Part shown: in pieces, positions 1 through 9,288 of the stretch
Layout of the letters: each line of letters starts with the position of its first letter
How positions within the stretch are numbered: position 1 is the first letter of the stretch
Source of the DNA: a virus
Length of the DNA stretch: 64,000 bases
Virus record (IMG/VR): IMGVR_UViG_3300027749_000039
Span: 32,001 to 96,000 of that record
Direction: 5' to 3' (one strand)
Notes under the pieces: generated by a model
What the model was told of the DNA's origin: nothing
What the model saw: only the letters and a program-made list of their open reading frames with translations
Database searches by the model: none
Position numbers and translations under genes: made by a program

Positions 1-135
1 CAAGAAGATTTTAAAATCTCACAAGCAAAATTTCAGATGAAATTTGACTATTGTAAAAAAAATAATATACCGCTTTTCATTATAAAATATAATGAAAATA
101 TAAATTTAAAATTAAATGAAATTTTTAATATATAA
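1..135 (+). CDS. 3' end of a Vsr/DUF559-like (PD-(D/E)xK) endonuclease, truncated by the window edge
   Basis: Frame 1 reads ...KFDYCKKNNIPLFIIKYNE...NI*, resembling the C-terminus of 46842-47873 (KNDYCEDNYINLIRIKYNE). Confidence 0.55.
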   Translation, partial: QEDFKISQAKFQMKFDYCKKNNIPLFIIKYNENINLKLNEIFNI

Positions 136-139
136 TCTT

Positions 140-454
140 ATGAAGTATCTAGTAAAATTTAACGAAGTAAATTCCGAACAAAAAATTCTATCTAATGATA
201 GAATTGAAGAAATAATAAAGGATATAGCAAGTACCTCTTCTGAACTTGATAAGATTTATGAAAAGTACGAAACTATCGCAAATGAATTAGAGGAATATAC
301 TTCTCAAAATAAATCGGCTAATAATCAAATAGATGATTCATTTGTAAATATTAACTCATTTACTGATAAATTACAGGAATGTAAAAACTTAATTTTACTT
401 GTTTCCGGTAAATTAGAAGATTATACCAAAGACGGAGAAAAATATTTATCTTAA
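140..454 (+). CDS. Hypothetical coiled-coil protein with MKYLVKFNE N-terminus
   Basis: ATG at 140 follows TAATATATA (126-134); more plausible than the track start at 116. Confidence 0.7.
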   Translation: MKYLVKFNEVNSEQKILSNDRIEEIIKDIASTSSELDKIYEKYETIANELEEYTSQNKSANNQIDDSFVNINSFTDKLQECKNLILLVSGKLEDYTKDGEKYLS

Positions 455-455
455 T

Positions 456-857
456 ATGAAATGGGTTAAAACTTTTGAATCTTATGTTGACACAGATAAG
501 TTCAAGTTATGGTTTGAAGGTAGTAAAATTATCAATACTGATGGGACACCAAGAATAGTCTATCATGGTACAGACAAAAATTTTATAAATTTCAATTTGA
601 ATTATTCAACTGAGGGTATAATTTGGTTTACTACTGATAAAACTGCTGTTGAAAAGGGTGAAATAGGTGCAGCTGGTAGTGGTTATATAAAAGAACTATA
701 TATTAGTATGAAAAATCCTGCTGGTTGGGATGAGTATGAAAAATATTCACTAGTTCAATTAGAGGATTTGGGATATGATGGTGCTATATTACCTGATAAT
801 GAAGATAAATATGATGGATTCGTATTTAATGTAAATCAAATAAAGATTGTTAGATGA
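456..857 (+). CDS. ADP-ribosyltransferase-like protein (ART-PolyVal type)
   Basis: G-x-P-x-I-V-Y-H-G-T motif, IWFT strand, GYDG motif; N-terminus MKWVKTFE. Confidence 0.6.
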   Translation: MKWVKTFESYVDTDKFKLWFEGSKIINTDGTPRIVYHGTDKNFINFNLNYSTEGIIWFTTDKTAVEKGEIGAAGSGYIKELYISMKNPAGWDEYEKYSLVQLEDLGYDGAILPDNEDKYDGFVFNVNQIKIVR

Positions 858-1450
858 GGTACTTAAAATCTATAAATGAATATAATGAACAAGATATAAC
901 TTCTTTAGACACGTTTAAAAATTGGTTTAAAGATAGTAGAGTCATTGATAAAAGAGGTAATCCATTAGTTGTGTATCATGGTAGCGAAGATATAAGAGGT
1001 ATAAAAACTGATTATATTTTTAAAACTAATCAAGAGAGAATTCTTGGTATCGATGTAAATAAAGCTTATTATTTCACTGATAGCTATTCAAAAGCTAATT
1101 CATATACTAAAAGATGGCCTTGGGATTATCAAGAAGCAATACCAGGTATATTAAATGTATATTTAAGTATTCAAAATCCATTAATAATAGATGCTGGTGG
1201 TAATATGTGGCGAAAATTTGAAACTGAAATAGAAGGTAAAAAATTAAAAGGCACAAAAGATATAGTTGAATTTGCAAGGCTGAAAAATTATGATGGAGTA
1301 ATAATTAAAAATGTATTAGATTATTATAATAATAATGATTTAAAAGTAAAAGTAGGTAATGTATATGTTACATTTAGCCAAGAACAAATAAAATTAGCCG
1401 ATGGAACTAATACTACATTTGATTCAAACAATCCAGATATTCGAAAATAA
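854..1450 (+). CDS. ADP-ribosyltransferase-like protein (ART-PolyVal type), paralog of the preceding gene
   Basis: GNPLVVYHGS, YYFT, NYDGVIIKNV motifs; N-terminus MRYLKSINE. Confidence 0.6.
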   Translation: MRYLKSINEYNEQDITSLDTFKNWFKDSRVIDKRGNPLVVYHGSEDIRGIKTDYIFKTNQERILGIDVNKAYYFTDSYSKANSYTKRWPWDYQEAIPGILNVYLSIQNPLIIDAGGNMWRKFETEIEGKKLKGTKDIVEFARLKNYDGVIIKNVLDYYNNNDLKVKVGNVYVTFSQEQIKLADGTNTTFDSNNPDIRK

Positions 1451-1467
1451 AAATTAATATATAACCT

Positions 1468-1668
1468 ATGAATAAATTTACATTAGTTGTTGAGAGCGAA
1501 GAAAATAAGCCTACTCCTGAACAAGAAGTTACTGCTGCTTGGAACGAATATAAGGAAAAAAATAAAAACAACACAAATATTAATATTAATTATGAATTTT
1601 ACCACGAAATGAGAGTTAAAAAATATGAAGGTACATTAATAATTAGTGTTATGGATAAAAATAAATAA
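1468..1668 (+). CDS. Hypothetical protein
   Basis: 66-aa ORF after TAATATATA (1455-1463). Confidence 0.6.
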   Translation: MNKFTLVVESEENKPTPEQEVTAAWNEYKEKNKNNTNININYEFYHEMRVKKYEGTLIISVMDKNK

Positions 1669-1672
1669 AAAT

Positions 1673-2194
1673 ATGAAAAAATTTAGTGATTTTAAAATAG
1701 AAAGAACAAAGCTAATAAAAGAAGATGTATTTGTTCCAAATCAAGCAGAACTAAAAGGAATTGGTTCAGCTAATATGTCTATATCTGCCGGAGCAGAAAT
1801 GGCAAAAACTGAACAATCTGAGCCAGCTAAATTTGTTTCAAAATTATTTGAATCAAGAGAAATGGCACATGTTTATCATCTACAAATAACAGGCGAAGGT
1901 TCTTATGCAGGGCATAAAGCTTTAGATGAATATTATTCAGGGATATTAGATATAATAGATGAATTTATTGAGACATATTCTGGTCAATATGATATTATTG
2001 AACATTATGATATAATAGACACTTCAACAACATTAACTAAGATTCCAATTGATTATTTTATTGAATTAGCTGAGTTTATTAAATCAACAAGGAAAGTTGC
2101 ATTCTTAGAAGATGATACACATTTACAAAATATTATTGATGAAATGGTAGGTCTTATATATAGAACTCTATATAAATTAAAAAATTTAAAATAA
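1673..2194 (+). CDS. Ferritin/Dps-like four-helix protein (DUF5856-like)
   Basis: HVYHLQ...SYAGHKALDEYY...DEFIETY pattern; start moved to MKKFSDF. Confidence 0.55.
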   Translation: MKKFSDFKIERTKLIKEDVFVPNQAELKGIGSANMSISAGAEMAKTEQSEPAKFVSKLFESREMAHVYHLQITGEGSYAGHKALDEYYSGILDIIDEFIETYSGQYDIIEHYDIIDTSTTLTKIPIDYFIELAEFIKSTRKVAFLEDDTHLQNIIDEMVGLIYRTLYKLKNLK

Positions 2195-2197
2195 TAT

Positions 2198-2851
2198 ATG
2201 AAATACTTAAAAATATTTGAAGATTTTTCAACAAATGAGGCTAAAACACATCCTTATGAACATTATTTGGAATCACTTTCTGTTTGGAAAAATTTTATTC
2301 ATAAATTTCAAAAAATTCGTGATGATATAAGAAGAAAGAAAAATATAAATTTATATAAGCAAGAAGATAGAGTGGCGGAACAACTTCCTTCTGCTAAATT
2401 TTTAGATGAATGGGATTTAGAATCAATTCATTATGATTGGAAATCCGGTTATATGAAACCTATACCTTGGGGAAGTGAGCGTGATAAAGCAGAAACTTTA
2501 AGATTTGATGGATTGAAAAATCCCGAAATTGGTGATATTTTAATTCATTTTAGAGGTGCTTGTTGGTTATTTAAACCAGACGCTAGTTTTAGATATAACT
2601 ATTCTTCTTCGGCTGTATGGGGTCATGATTCTAACCCTAATATGTGGGATGATATTTCATATTTAGATATGATGCTAAAATCATATACTTTTGAATTTAA
2701 AAAGGATGAAATACCAGTAATTTTTAGAGAAAAATTAGCAAGAAAAATTAGACGTACTGTGTATGATAAAGATGTAGAATATAAAAGAAGAAAGCCGATT
2801 GAGCAACCTTACACCATAGGTGGTAGAATGCCAGGATATACATTTAAATAA
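2198..2851 (+). CDS. Hypothetical protein, candidate internal virion protein
   Basis: MKYLKIFED N-terminus. Confidence 0.65.
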   Translation: MKYLKIFEDFSTNEAKTHPYEHYLESLSVWKNFIHKFQKIRDDIRRKKNINLYKQEDRVAEQLPSAKFLDEWDLESIHYDWKSGYMKPIPWGSERDKAETLRFDGLKNPEIGDILIHFRGACWLFKPDASFRYNYSSSAVWGHDSNPNMWDDISYLDMMLKSYTFEFKKDEIPVIFREKLARKIRRTVYDKDVEYKRRKPIEQPYTIGGRMPGYTFK

Positions 2852-2868
2852 AAAGTCAGCTAAACAAA

Positions 2869-3228
2869 ATGTATAAAAAGATTAATGATTTTATAGGAGA
2901 TAAATTTTCATTTGCTTTATCAACTATGGAAATGTTTTGGATAGTACTAATACTAGTTCTATTTCCATTATTATTTCAAAAACCAGACACATTAATTGCG
3001 TGGATTCAGTATCTTAGCACCGCAGTTTTGCAAGCAGTAGCTTTACCCTTATTAGGTTATACTACTAAAAAAAGTGGTGAAACTCAAGAGAAGATAATCA
3101 AAGATACACATGAAATATTGATGAAAGAAATTAAAGAAACTAAACATATACATAAAGAGATTATGATAATGATGGAAGAAATTAAAGAAATTCATGAACA
3201 TTACCACGAAGAATTAAAAAAGAAATAA
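2869..3228 (+). CDS. Small membrane protein (DUF1003-like)
   Basis: Two hydrophobic segments, LQAVALPLL motif, coiled-coil C-terminus. Confidence 0.5.
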   Translation: MYKKINDFIGDKFSFALSTMEMFWIVLILVLFPLLFQKPDTLIAWIQYLSTAVLQAVALPLLGYTTKKSGETQEKIIKDTHEILMKEIKETKHIHKEIMIMMEEIKEIHEHYHEELKKK

Positions 3229-3256
3229 AAAAGCCGCTCAATTGAGCGGCTTTTTT
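3227..3256. terminator. Bidirectional intrinsic terminator
   Basis: A6-GCCGCTC-AATT-GAGCGGC-T6 between convergent genes. Confidence 0.85.
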
Positions 3257-3257
3257 A

Positions 3258-3533
3258 TTATATTACATATTCTTTTGCGTAGTATTCTTCAAATCCTTCA
3301 AGAGCTTTCGTCATACTATCTCTCTTATCAAGACCTATAATTTCATCAACTAAGCCAAATTTAAGAGCTTCATCTGAATTATACCATCTGTCTCTACGTG
3401 AGAACTCTAATACTTCTTCGAATGATTTACCACAATTAGCAGCAATCATTTTGAAAAGAATATAATTATACTTTTCAGCTTCCATTTGATTAATACGTGT
3501 ATCTTGTATATTACCACTTGTGCCATGAGATAC
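3258..3533 (-). pseudogene. clpP: Displaced 3' half of clpP (91 codons, no N-terminal half)
   Basis: Reads VSHGTSGNIQDTRINQMEAEKYNYILFK...; about 73% aa identity by manual alignment to residues 155-244 of 4618-5367. Confidence 0.85.
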
Positions 3534-3579
3534 ATTTTTTAATATTATAAATTAATATATAATAAAAATAAAATTTAAT

Positions 3580-4629
3580 ATGGAATGCAAAGTGAGTTAT
3601 ATTTATGGATTATACCAAATCGGTAAAGAGGAAGAAATACGATATATTGGCAAAAGTGATAATCCAAAGAAAAGATTAAGAGATCATAGAAATAGCAAAG
3701 ATAATAGTTATAAATCTTGTTGGATAAAAAGCGTATTAAAAAGTGGTGGTGATATAGGAATTAAAATTATAAAAGTTGTAGATAAAAACAAATGGAAAGA
3801 ATGTGAAATAGAAACCATTAAAGAATACAATCAAATATATAAATTAACAAATCTAACAAATGGAGGTGATGGTGAAATTACTATTTATAACAAATCTTTT
3901 GAAGAATGTAGAGAATTTATTATAACTAATAAACCAAATTGGGTTAATGATATTAAATCATATAAGATATGGTCTAAGCAAGAGGATTTTCCCATATTTT
4001 TACCAAAAGCACCTAACAGAGTTTTTGTTAACTGGACTAATTGGTATGATTTTTTGGGCAAAGATAAAAAAATATTCTTATCTTTTGATGAGTGTAAGAA
4101 ATATTTAAGAGAAAATTATGATATAAAAAACTCTAACCATTTTAGAAAAATACAAACATTGTTGCCCGAATTTATACCAAAAAAGCCATACATAACATAT
4201 TCTGAATGGCGTGGATGGGAAGATTTTTTACAATATAAATTTAAAAAGCGAGACACATCTAAATTTTTAGCATATGAAGATGCTAAAAATTGGATATCAA
4301 AAAATTTACCAAAAATAACAGCTGCAGAGTATAGGAAAATGTCTAGCACCGATACTTTACCAATTTTTTTACCAAAAAAACCGGAAAAATTCTATAAAGA
4401 ATTTAAATTTGGAGATTTTTTAGCGTTTAATAAAAAAAGTAAATCGAAAGATTTTTATTTAAAATATGAAGAAGCGATTAAGATAGTACATACATTAAAT
4501 ATAAAGACAAACATAGAATGGCGAAAATGGTGCAAAAATAAACCAGAAGAGTTTATTAGAATACCATCTTCGCCAAACAATGTTTATATTAATGAGTGGG
4601 TAAATTGGTTTTTATGGTTAGGTAAGTGA
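3580..4629 (+). CDS. GIY-YIG homing endonuclease with C-terminal integrase-repeat-like units
   Basis: YIYGL...RYIGKS...RLRDH motif, LTNLTNGGDG, repeated IPxxPxxxYxxWxxWxDFL units. Confidence 0.85.
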   Translation: MECKVSYIYGLYQIGKEEEIRYIGKSDNPKKRLRDHRNSKDNSYKSCWIKSVLKSGGDIGIKIIKVVDKNKWKECEIETIKEYNQIYKLTNLTNGGDGEITIYNKSFEECREFIITNKPNWVNDIKSYKIWSKQEDFPIFLPKAPNRVFVNWTNWYDFLGKDKKIFLSFDECKKYLRENYDIKNSNHFRKIQTLLPEFIPKKPYITYSEWRGWEDFLQYKFKKRDTSKFLAYEDAKNWISKNLPKITAAEYRKMSSTDTLPIFLPKKPEKFYKEFKFGDFLAFNKKSKSKDFYLKYEEAIKIVHTLNIKTNIEWRKWCKNKPEEFIRIPSSPNNVYINEWVNWFLWLGK

Positions 4630-5367
4630 TTGTTTGAATACTTCTTTTTTGTAATATTCTTCAAAGCCTTCGAGTTTTTTGTCTATACTTCGATTTTTAT
4701 CAGTACCTATTATTTCATCAATTAGTCCAAATTTAAGTGATTCGTCTGAGTTAAACCATTTGTCTCTTCTGGAAGATTCCAACATCTCATCAAATGTTTT
4801 GCCACAATTTTCAGCAAGTATTTTGAAAAGTATATAATTGTATTTTTCCGCCTCAAGTTGATTGATTCGTGTATCCTGAAGATTACCTTGAGTTGCGTGA
4901 GACACCATGTGAGTCATAACTTTAGCATGTATTAAAGAAGCTCTTTTACCCTTTGTGCCGGAAGAAAGTAATACAGATCCCATAGAAGCAGCCATACCAG
5001 TATTAACTGTTGCTATATCACAAGGTACATAATTCATAACATCTACAATAGTTAAACCACTTTTAACAGAACCACCTGGTGAGTCAACATAAAGTGTAAT
5101 GTCATTTTTATCGGTTGTTGTTAAGAAAAGTAATTGTGCGGTTACTATTGAACTCATACGGTCATCTACACCACCGTTAAGAAAGATTATTCTATCTTTC
5201 ATTAATCTGGAAAATACATCCATTTGTGTAACATTCATTTGTCTTTCTTCTAGAATATAAGGAGTCATAGAAGCGTCTATTTGATGTGCGACAACAGCAT
5301 CAATTGTTGTACCATTGATACCGAGGTGCTTGACACCATAATCACGAAATTCTTTTGATAAATTCAT
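4618..5367 (-). CDS. clpP: ATP-dependent Clp protease proteolytic subunit
   Basis: DVFSRLMKDRIIFL, YVDSPGGSV, AASMG (catalytic Ser), VMTH (His), RD (Asp). Confidence 0.95.
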   Translation of the reverse strand: MNLSKEFRDYGVKHLGINGTTIDAVVAHQIDASMTPYILEERQMNVTQMDVFSRLMKDRIIFLNGGVDDRMSSIVTAQLLFLTTTDKNDITLYVDSPGGSVKSGLTIVDVMNYVPCDIATVNTGMAASMGSVLLSSGTKGKRASLIHAKVMTHMVSHATQGNLQDTRINQLEAEKYNYILFKILAENCGKTFDEMLESSRRDKWFNSDESLKFGLIDEIIGTDKNRSIDKKLEGFEEYYKKEVFKQSLT

Positions 5368-5398
5368 TTGTTAAAGTTTAGTTAATTTTTAATTTATA

Positions 5399-5428
5399 CA
5401 AATATACAACATTTTTTAAGAAAAACAA
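5399..5428 (-). promoter_or_regulatory. Bacteroidota-type sigma-A promoter for clpP
   Basis: TTG-N19-TATATTTG on the minus strand. Confidence 0.75.
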
Positions 5429-5464
5429 AAGATTTTTGTAGTTAATTTTTTAATATATATAGTT

Positions 5465-5830
5465 ATGAAATATGTTAAGACTTTTGAACAATTAGATTAT
5501 AGCACTCCTTTTGGTAAAGCGCAGGCATTAAAGATTACTAAAAAGAATAATATAGCTAATTCTAATTTTAAAAATGAATTTTTTAATGAGTTTCCAAAAG
5601 GAACTAAACTTACTTTTAAAGACAGGGAAGCAACCTATGATTTAGTATTATTTGATATTAAATTTGACGAAACAGGATACAAATTAATATTTAAAGCAGA
5701 AAATGGTAAAAAGATTGTAATATCAAATCCATTTCAAATAAGCGAACAAGATTTAGAAGAAATATCATTATTACCTGTCGAAATAACACCTGAGTCTAAA
5801 GAAATAGTAAATAAAATGTTAAATAAATAA
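5465..5830 (+). CDS. Hypothetical protein, candidate internal virion protein
   Basis: MKYVKTFEQ; TAATATATA at 5451-5459. Confidence 0.65.
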   Translation: MKYVKTFEQLDYSTPFGKAQALKITKKNNIANSNFKNEFFNEFPKGTKLTFKDREATYDLVLFDIKFDETGYKLIFKAENGKKIVISNPFQISEQDLEEISLLPVEITPESKEIVNKMLNK

Positions 5831-5854
5831 AAAAGAGCCAATTGGCTCTTTTTT
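5829..5854. terminator. Bidirectional intrinsic terminator
   Basis: A-tract-GAGCC-AATT-GGCTC-T-tract between convergent genes. Confidence 0.75.
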
Positions 5855-6800
5855 ATTTTACCTTTATATTACAGAATAACCAAAATTGTTTATCTGTTGT
5901 TATTGACATTTCTAATTGTTCCGAACCTTTTATTTTTGATAAATGTTGTCTAAAAGCTTCGGTTATAGTTGCTAAATCTTGTAATTTACCTTCACTCCAT
6001 GTTCCAAGACCTTGATAACCAAATTGTAATACCCCATCAACTATTTTAAATGAGCGATTATCGGTATTTCCTGGATGATAAGATTTCATATGTTTAGATA
6101 TGTTAGAAATAAATTTTAATTTATCCGGATTAATATAAGCTAACTCTCTTTTTAAATGTGCCGCTGATGGAGAATCTAATAATTGTAAATAATTTAAAGC
6201 CGCTTTATTAATTGCAAATGAACCAATTGGTATTAATTTTTCACCAACAAACCCAAAATTAAATGTCATGTCATTTTTTATACCAAAATATAATTTAGGA
6301 TTATCTGGTATTCTATTTGCGAAATAACTTAAAGACGGAAATCTTAATATTCTAGTTGATAAGTCGTTATAATTCGTATTATATTCAAAAAATAAAAGAA
6401 AACTATCCGGTATACTATCCCACTTTGGAGTAATATCTTTTAAACCAAGTGATGTAACTACTTTTAAAAATGTTGTAAATACATTTTTACCAGCTTTTAA
6501 ATCTTCTGTAATTGACTCGTTTGTTAAATTAACAAATGTTCTAACATCGGTTTTTCTACCAGAATCATTTAAATGATCAGTAATTATTTTATAAACAGAA
6601 CTTTTATCTGACTCATCTAACACATTTATAGTATTTGCTATTCTAACCGAAGGATTAGTTTCTTTTATATAAGGATTTATTAAATCTAAAATATCTTTAT
6701 CTGTTTTACATAAATCCTCAACCCATTCACCTAATGAATGATGCTCTGCTTCAATATTTTTGATATTTTCGGTAATAAATTGTAGATATTTCTTTATCAT
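5853..6800 (-). CDS. Hypothetical protein
   Basis: 315-aa ORF, MIKKYLQFITE N-terminus, late-type motif upstream. Confidence 0.7.
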   Translation of the reverse strand: MIKKYLQFITENIKNIEAEHHSLGEWVEDLCKTDKDILDLINPYIKETNPSVRIANTINVLDESDKSSVYKIITDHLNDSGRKTDVRTFVNLTNESITEDLKAGKNVFTTFLKVVTSLGLKDITPKWDSIPDSFLLFFEYNTNYNDLSTRILRFPSLSYFANRIPDNPKLYFGIKNDMTFNFGFVGEKLIPIGSFAINKAALNYLQLLDSPSAAHLKRELAYINPDKLKFISNISKHMKSYHPGNTDNRSFKIVDGVLQFGYQGLGTWSEGKLQDLATITEAFRQHLSKIKGSEQLEMSITTDKQFWLFCNIKVK

Positions 6801-6851
6801 ACTCTATATATTAATTTCCTTATTTTAATATATATTAAAACAATATTAATT

Positions 6852-7592
6852 ATGATAACATATACTATTTTCAACCAATCTACTGTTGTTAACTCAACTA
6901 ATTTAACAAATATGGTTAAAGCAATAAATATGCTATTAACTAGTTTATCCACTGATTGGGGATTAGCTGCTACTCAACTTGTAGTTGGAACTGGTAATCG
7001 TTATCCAAATAATACTATTCTATTACAAGATTTAACTGACGATCCAGGTGCATTAGGATATCACTATGAAGATAATGGAAAAGTAATAGGAAAAGTATTT
7101 GCAAAAACTATAATAAATTATGGTGGCGTAGTTTTATATAGAGATAATTATACTTTTACCGTTGCACAATGTGTAAGTCATGAATTGTTTGAAATGATTG
7201 GTAATCAACAAATTAATAAATGGTATTTAGATAATTATGGTATATTTTGGGCTGGCGAACTATGTGATCCAGTTGAAAGTAATTTAGTTGTTTATACATT
7301 ACCAGGGAATATTAAAGTTGGATTATCTGATTATGTTTTACCATCATGGTTTAGTCCTGATATAATAACAAGACCTTTTAATAAACTGAATACTTTAACT
7401 GCTCCATTTAGATTATCACCAGGTGGTTATGCTATAATAATAGATAATTATACTGTTGAAGCAATATATGGTATGTCAAATACTGCTACTTATAGTATAG
7501 GTACTTATTCATCTTCTTATGCATTACTTAATATAAAAGCAGCGGATAGAGCAAAAGAAGTTGCTGAATTACAATTTAAATTTAAGAAATAA
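6852..7592 (+). CDS. Zincin-like metalloprotease
   Basis: GALGYH, SHELFEM (HExxE) and ELCDPVE motifs. Confidence 0.55.
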   Translation: MITYTIFNQSTVVNSTNLTNMVKAINMLLTSLSTDWGLAATQLVVGTGNRYPNNTILLQDLTDDPGALGYHYEDNGKVIGKVFAKTIINYGGVVLYRDNYTFTVAQCVSHELFEMIGNQQINKWYLDNYGIFWAGELCDPVESNLVVYTLPGNIKVGLSDYVLPSWFSPDIITRPFNKLNTLTAPFRLSPGGYAIIIDNYTVEAIYGMSNTATYSIGTYSSSYALLNIKAADRAKEVAELQFKFKK

Positions 7593-7621
7593 ACTTTTAT
7601 GATATTTATCATATAGTAAAT

Positions 7622-8068
7622 ATGGTAGATAAATCACATTGGTCTAAAATATGGCCACATCCTTACTCACCCTCCGAAGAAGATGTCCAATTATATAAAA
7701 ATTATATGGTCGAAGGGACATCTCTTTTATTAGGATGTACAAGACAACTAGTTAATTTGAGTAATAAACAAATGGATATTGATCCATTTTTAGATGCACC
7801 TACAGTTATTGTAGGTGATTGGACAAAAAATACTACTTACTATGATAATATCATAGGTGATGGTGTTGTTAACTTTACAAAAGAATTAGAAGAAAAATTA
7901 TTAAAAATGTCTTCTAAATATTGTAAAAGATTTATAGTTAGAGCATTTAATTATAAATTAGATAAAATGCGAATAGCTGCTAATTTTCCAAAAGCAGAAG
8001 ATTTTTCAATTAAGCCAACAGAGATAAAAAAATTTAAAGAATATACATTTTTTGTATGGCATTTTTAA
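7622..8068 (+). CDS. Small methyltransferase-like protein
   Basis: LLLGCT, IVGDW, IIGDG resemble degenerate SAM-MTase motifs. Confidence 0.35.
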   Translation: MVDKSHWSKIWPHPYSPSEEDVQLYKNYMVEGTSLLLGCTRQLVNLSNKQMDIDPFLDAPTVIVGDWTKNTTYYDNIIGDGVVNFTKELEEKLLKMSSKYCKRFIVRAFNYKLDKMRIAANFPKAEDFSIKPTEIKKFKEYTFFVWHF

Positions 8069-9288
8069 GTCAAGAAAAATTAGAAACTGATGTAAAAAGG
8101 ATATTAGAATCATTTGATAGAACACAATGGACTCATAGAGTAAATTTTAATTTAATTAAAAATTTACCTATCTTAACTAGAGAAGATTTGCGAAAAATAA
8201 ATATGCGACCTGATTTTTATGCTTCTAAAACATCAGGTTCTACTGGCGAACCTGTTAGTATAGAAAAAACTTATGCTGATTATATTTGGTATTTAGCTAC
8301 TAATATTAGAGAAATGTTATGGCGAAAATGGGATTTTACTAAAAAATTAGCAATTATTAAACCTGGTTCTAAGACAGAAGATAAAAATGATTGGGGTATA
8401 CCAAAAAATATAGTTCAAAATCAAGGTAAATCTTTTAAAATTGGATACGAACCTATTTCTATTTTGCAAAAATGGTTAGAAGAAAAACAACCAGATTATT
8501 TAAATTGTCCTCCAACAATAGTTGAGCAATTAGATTTAACTAAATTAAATATAATTGATATAAAAGGCACTGGTGAAATGGGTGGTAGTATGTATTCTTC
8601 TGAAGAGTGTGGAACAATTGCTATTAATTGCCCTGATAATCCTTCTGTTAAACATGTAATGGAAAATATAATATGTGAAGTTGATACAGATGGTGGTATT
8701 ATAATAACAAGTTTAAGTAATCCTTATATTAAGCGATATAAACATGGCGACCATATTGAACTTGGTCAATGCACTTGTGGTAGAAAATTACAAACCATAA
8801 CAGACATAAAAGGTAGAGTGAGAAATATGTTTATTATGGAAAATGGTGATAAAAAATGGCCTTTATTTGGTAGTAGAGATTTTTATCATAAATATGGAAT
8901 AACAAAATTAAAAGCAATACAAACAGCTATTGGTGAAATTGAGTTACAGATAATATCTAATAAACTAAGTGATTTTCAAGAAGAAGATATAAAAACTACA
9001 ATAAATACTTATATAGGATGTGTTGTAAATGTAACTATAAAATATGTAGAAAGTTTCCCAAATTATAAATTTGAAGAATTTGTATCATCAATAAATCCTA
9101 ATGCAAAATTTATATATCCAGGATTAGAGTTGTCAAAAATATTTGTTATAATTTGTGGATTAGTCTTATTAGGTAAAGATTTTAAATTAAACCATGTATC
9201 AATTGTGAATTTATTTAAATCACCTAAATCTTTTCCAGTAGCATATTGTCCATTTGAACTGTTGAAATATATAGAACCATTTTCATAA
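8056..9288 (+). CDS. Phenylacetate-CoA ligase/CapK-like adenylate-forming enzyme
   Basis: KTSGSTGEP P-loop, YSSEECGTIA, RYKHGD, IKGRVR; family-like sequence ends near KFEEFVS (about 9090). Confidence 0.75.
   Translation: MAFLSQEKLETDVKRILESFDRTQWTHRVNFNLIKNLPILTREDLRKINMRPDFYASKTSGSTGEPVSIEKTYADYIWYLATNIREMLWRKWDFTKKLAIIKPGSKTEDKNDWGIPKNIVQNQGKSFKIGYEPISILQKWLEEKQPDYLNCPPTIVEQLDLTKLNIIDIKGTGEMGGSMYSSEECGTIAINCPDNPSVKHVMENIICEVDTDGGIIITSLSNPYIKRYKHGDHIELGQCTCGRKLQTITDIKGRVRNMFIMENGDKKWPLFGSRDFYHKYGITKLKAIQTAIGEIELQIISNKLSDFQEEDIKTTINTYIGCVVNVTIKYVESFPNYKFEEFVSSINPNAKFIYPGLELSKIFVIICGLVLLGKDFKLNHVSIVNLFKSPKSFPVAYCPFELLKYIEPFS

Noticed and set aside
3534-4905. Group I intron in clpP
   Set aside because: The reading frame continues into a complete alternative C-terminus, the endonuclease is antisense, and no intron core was recognisable
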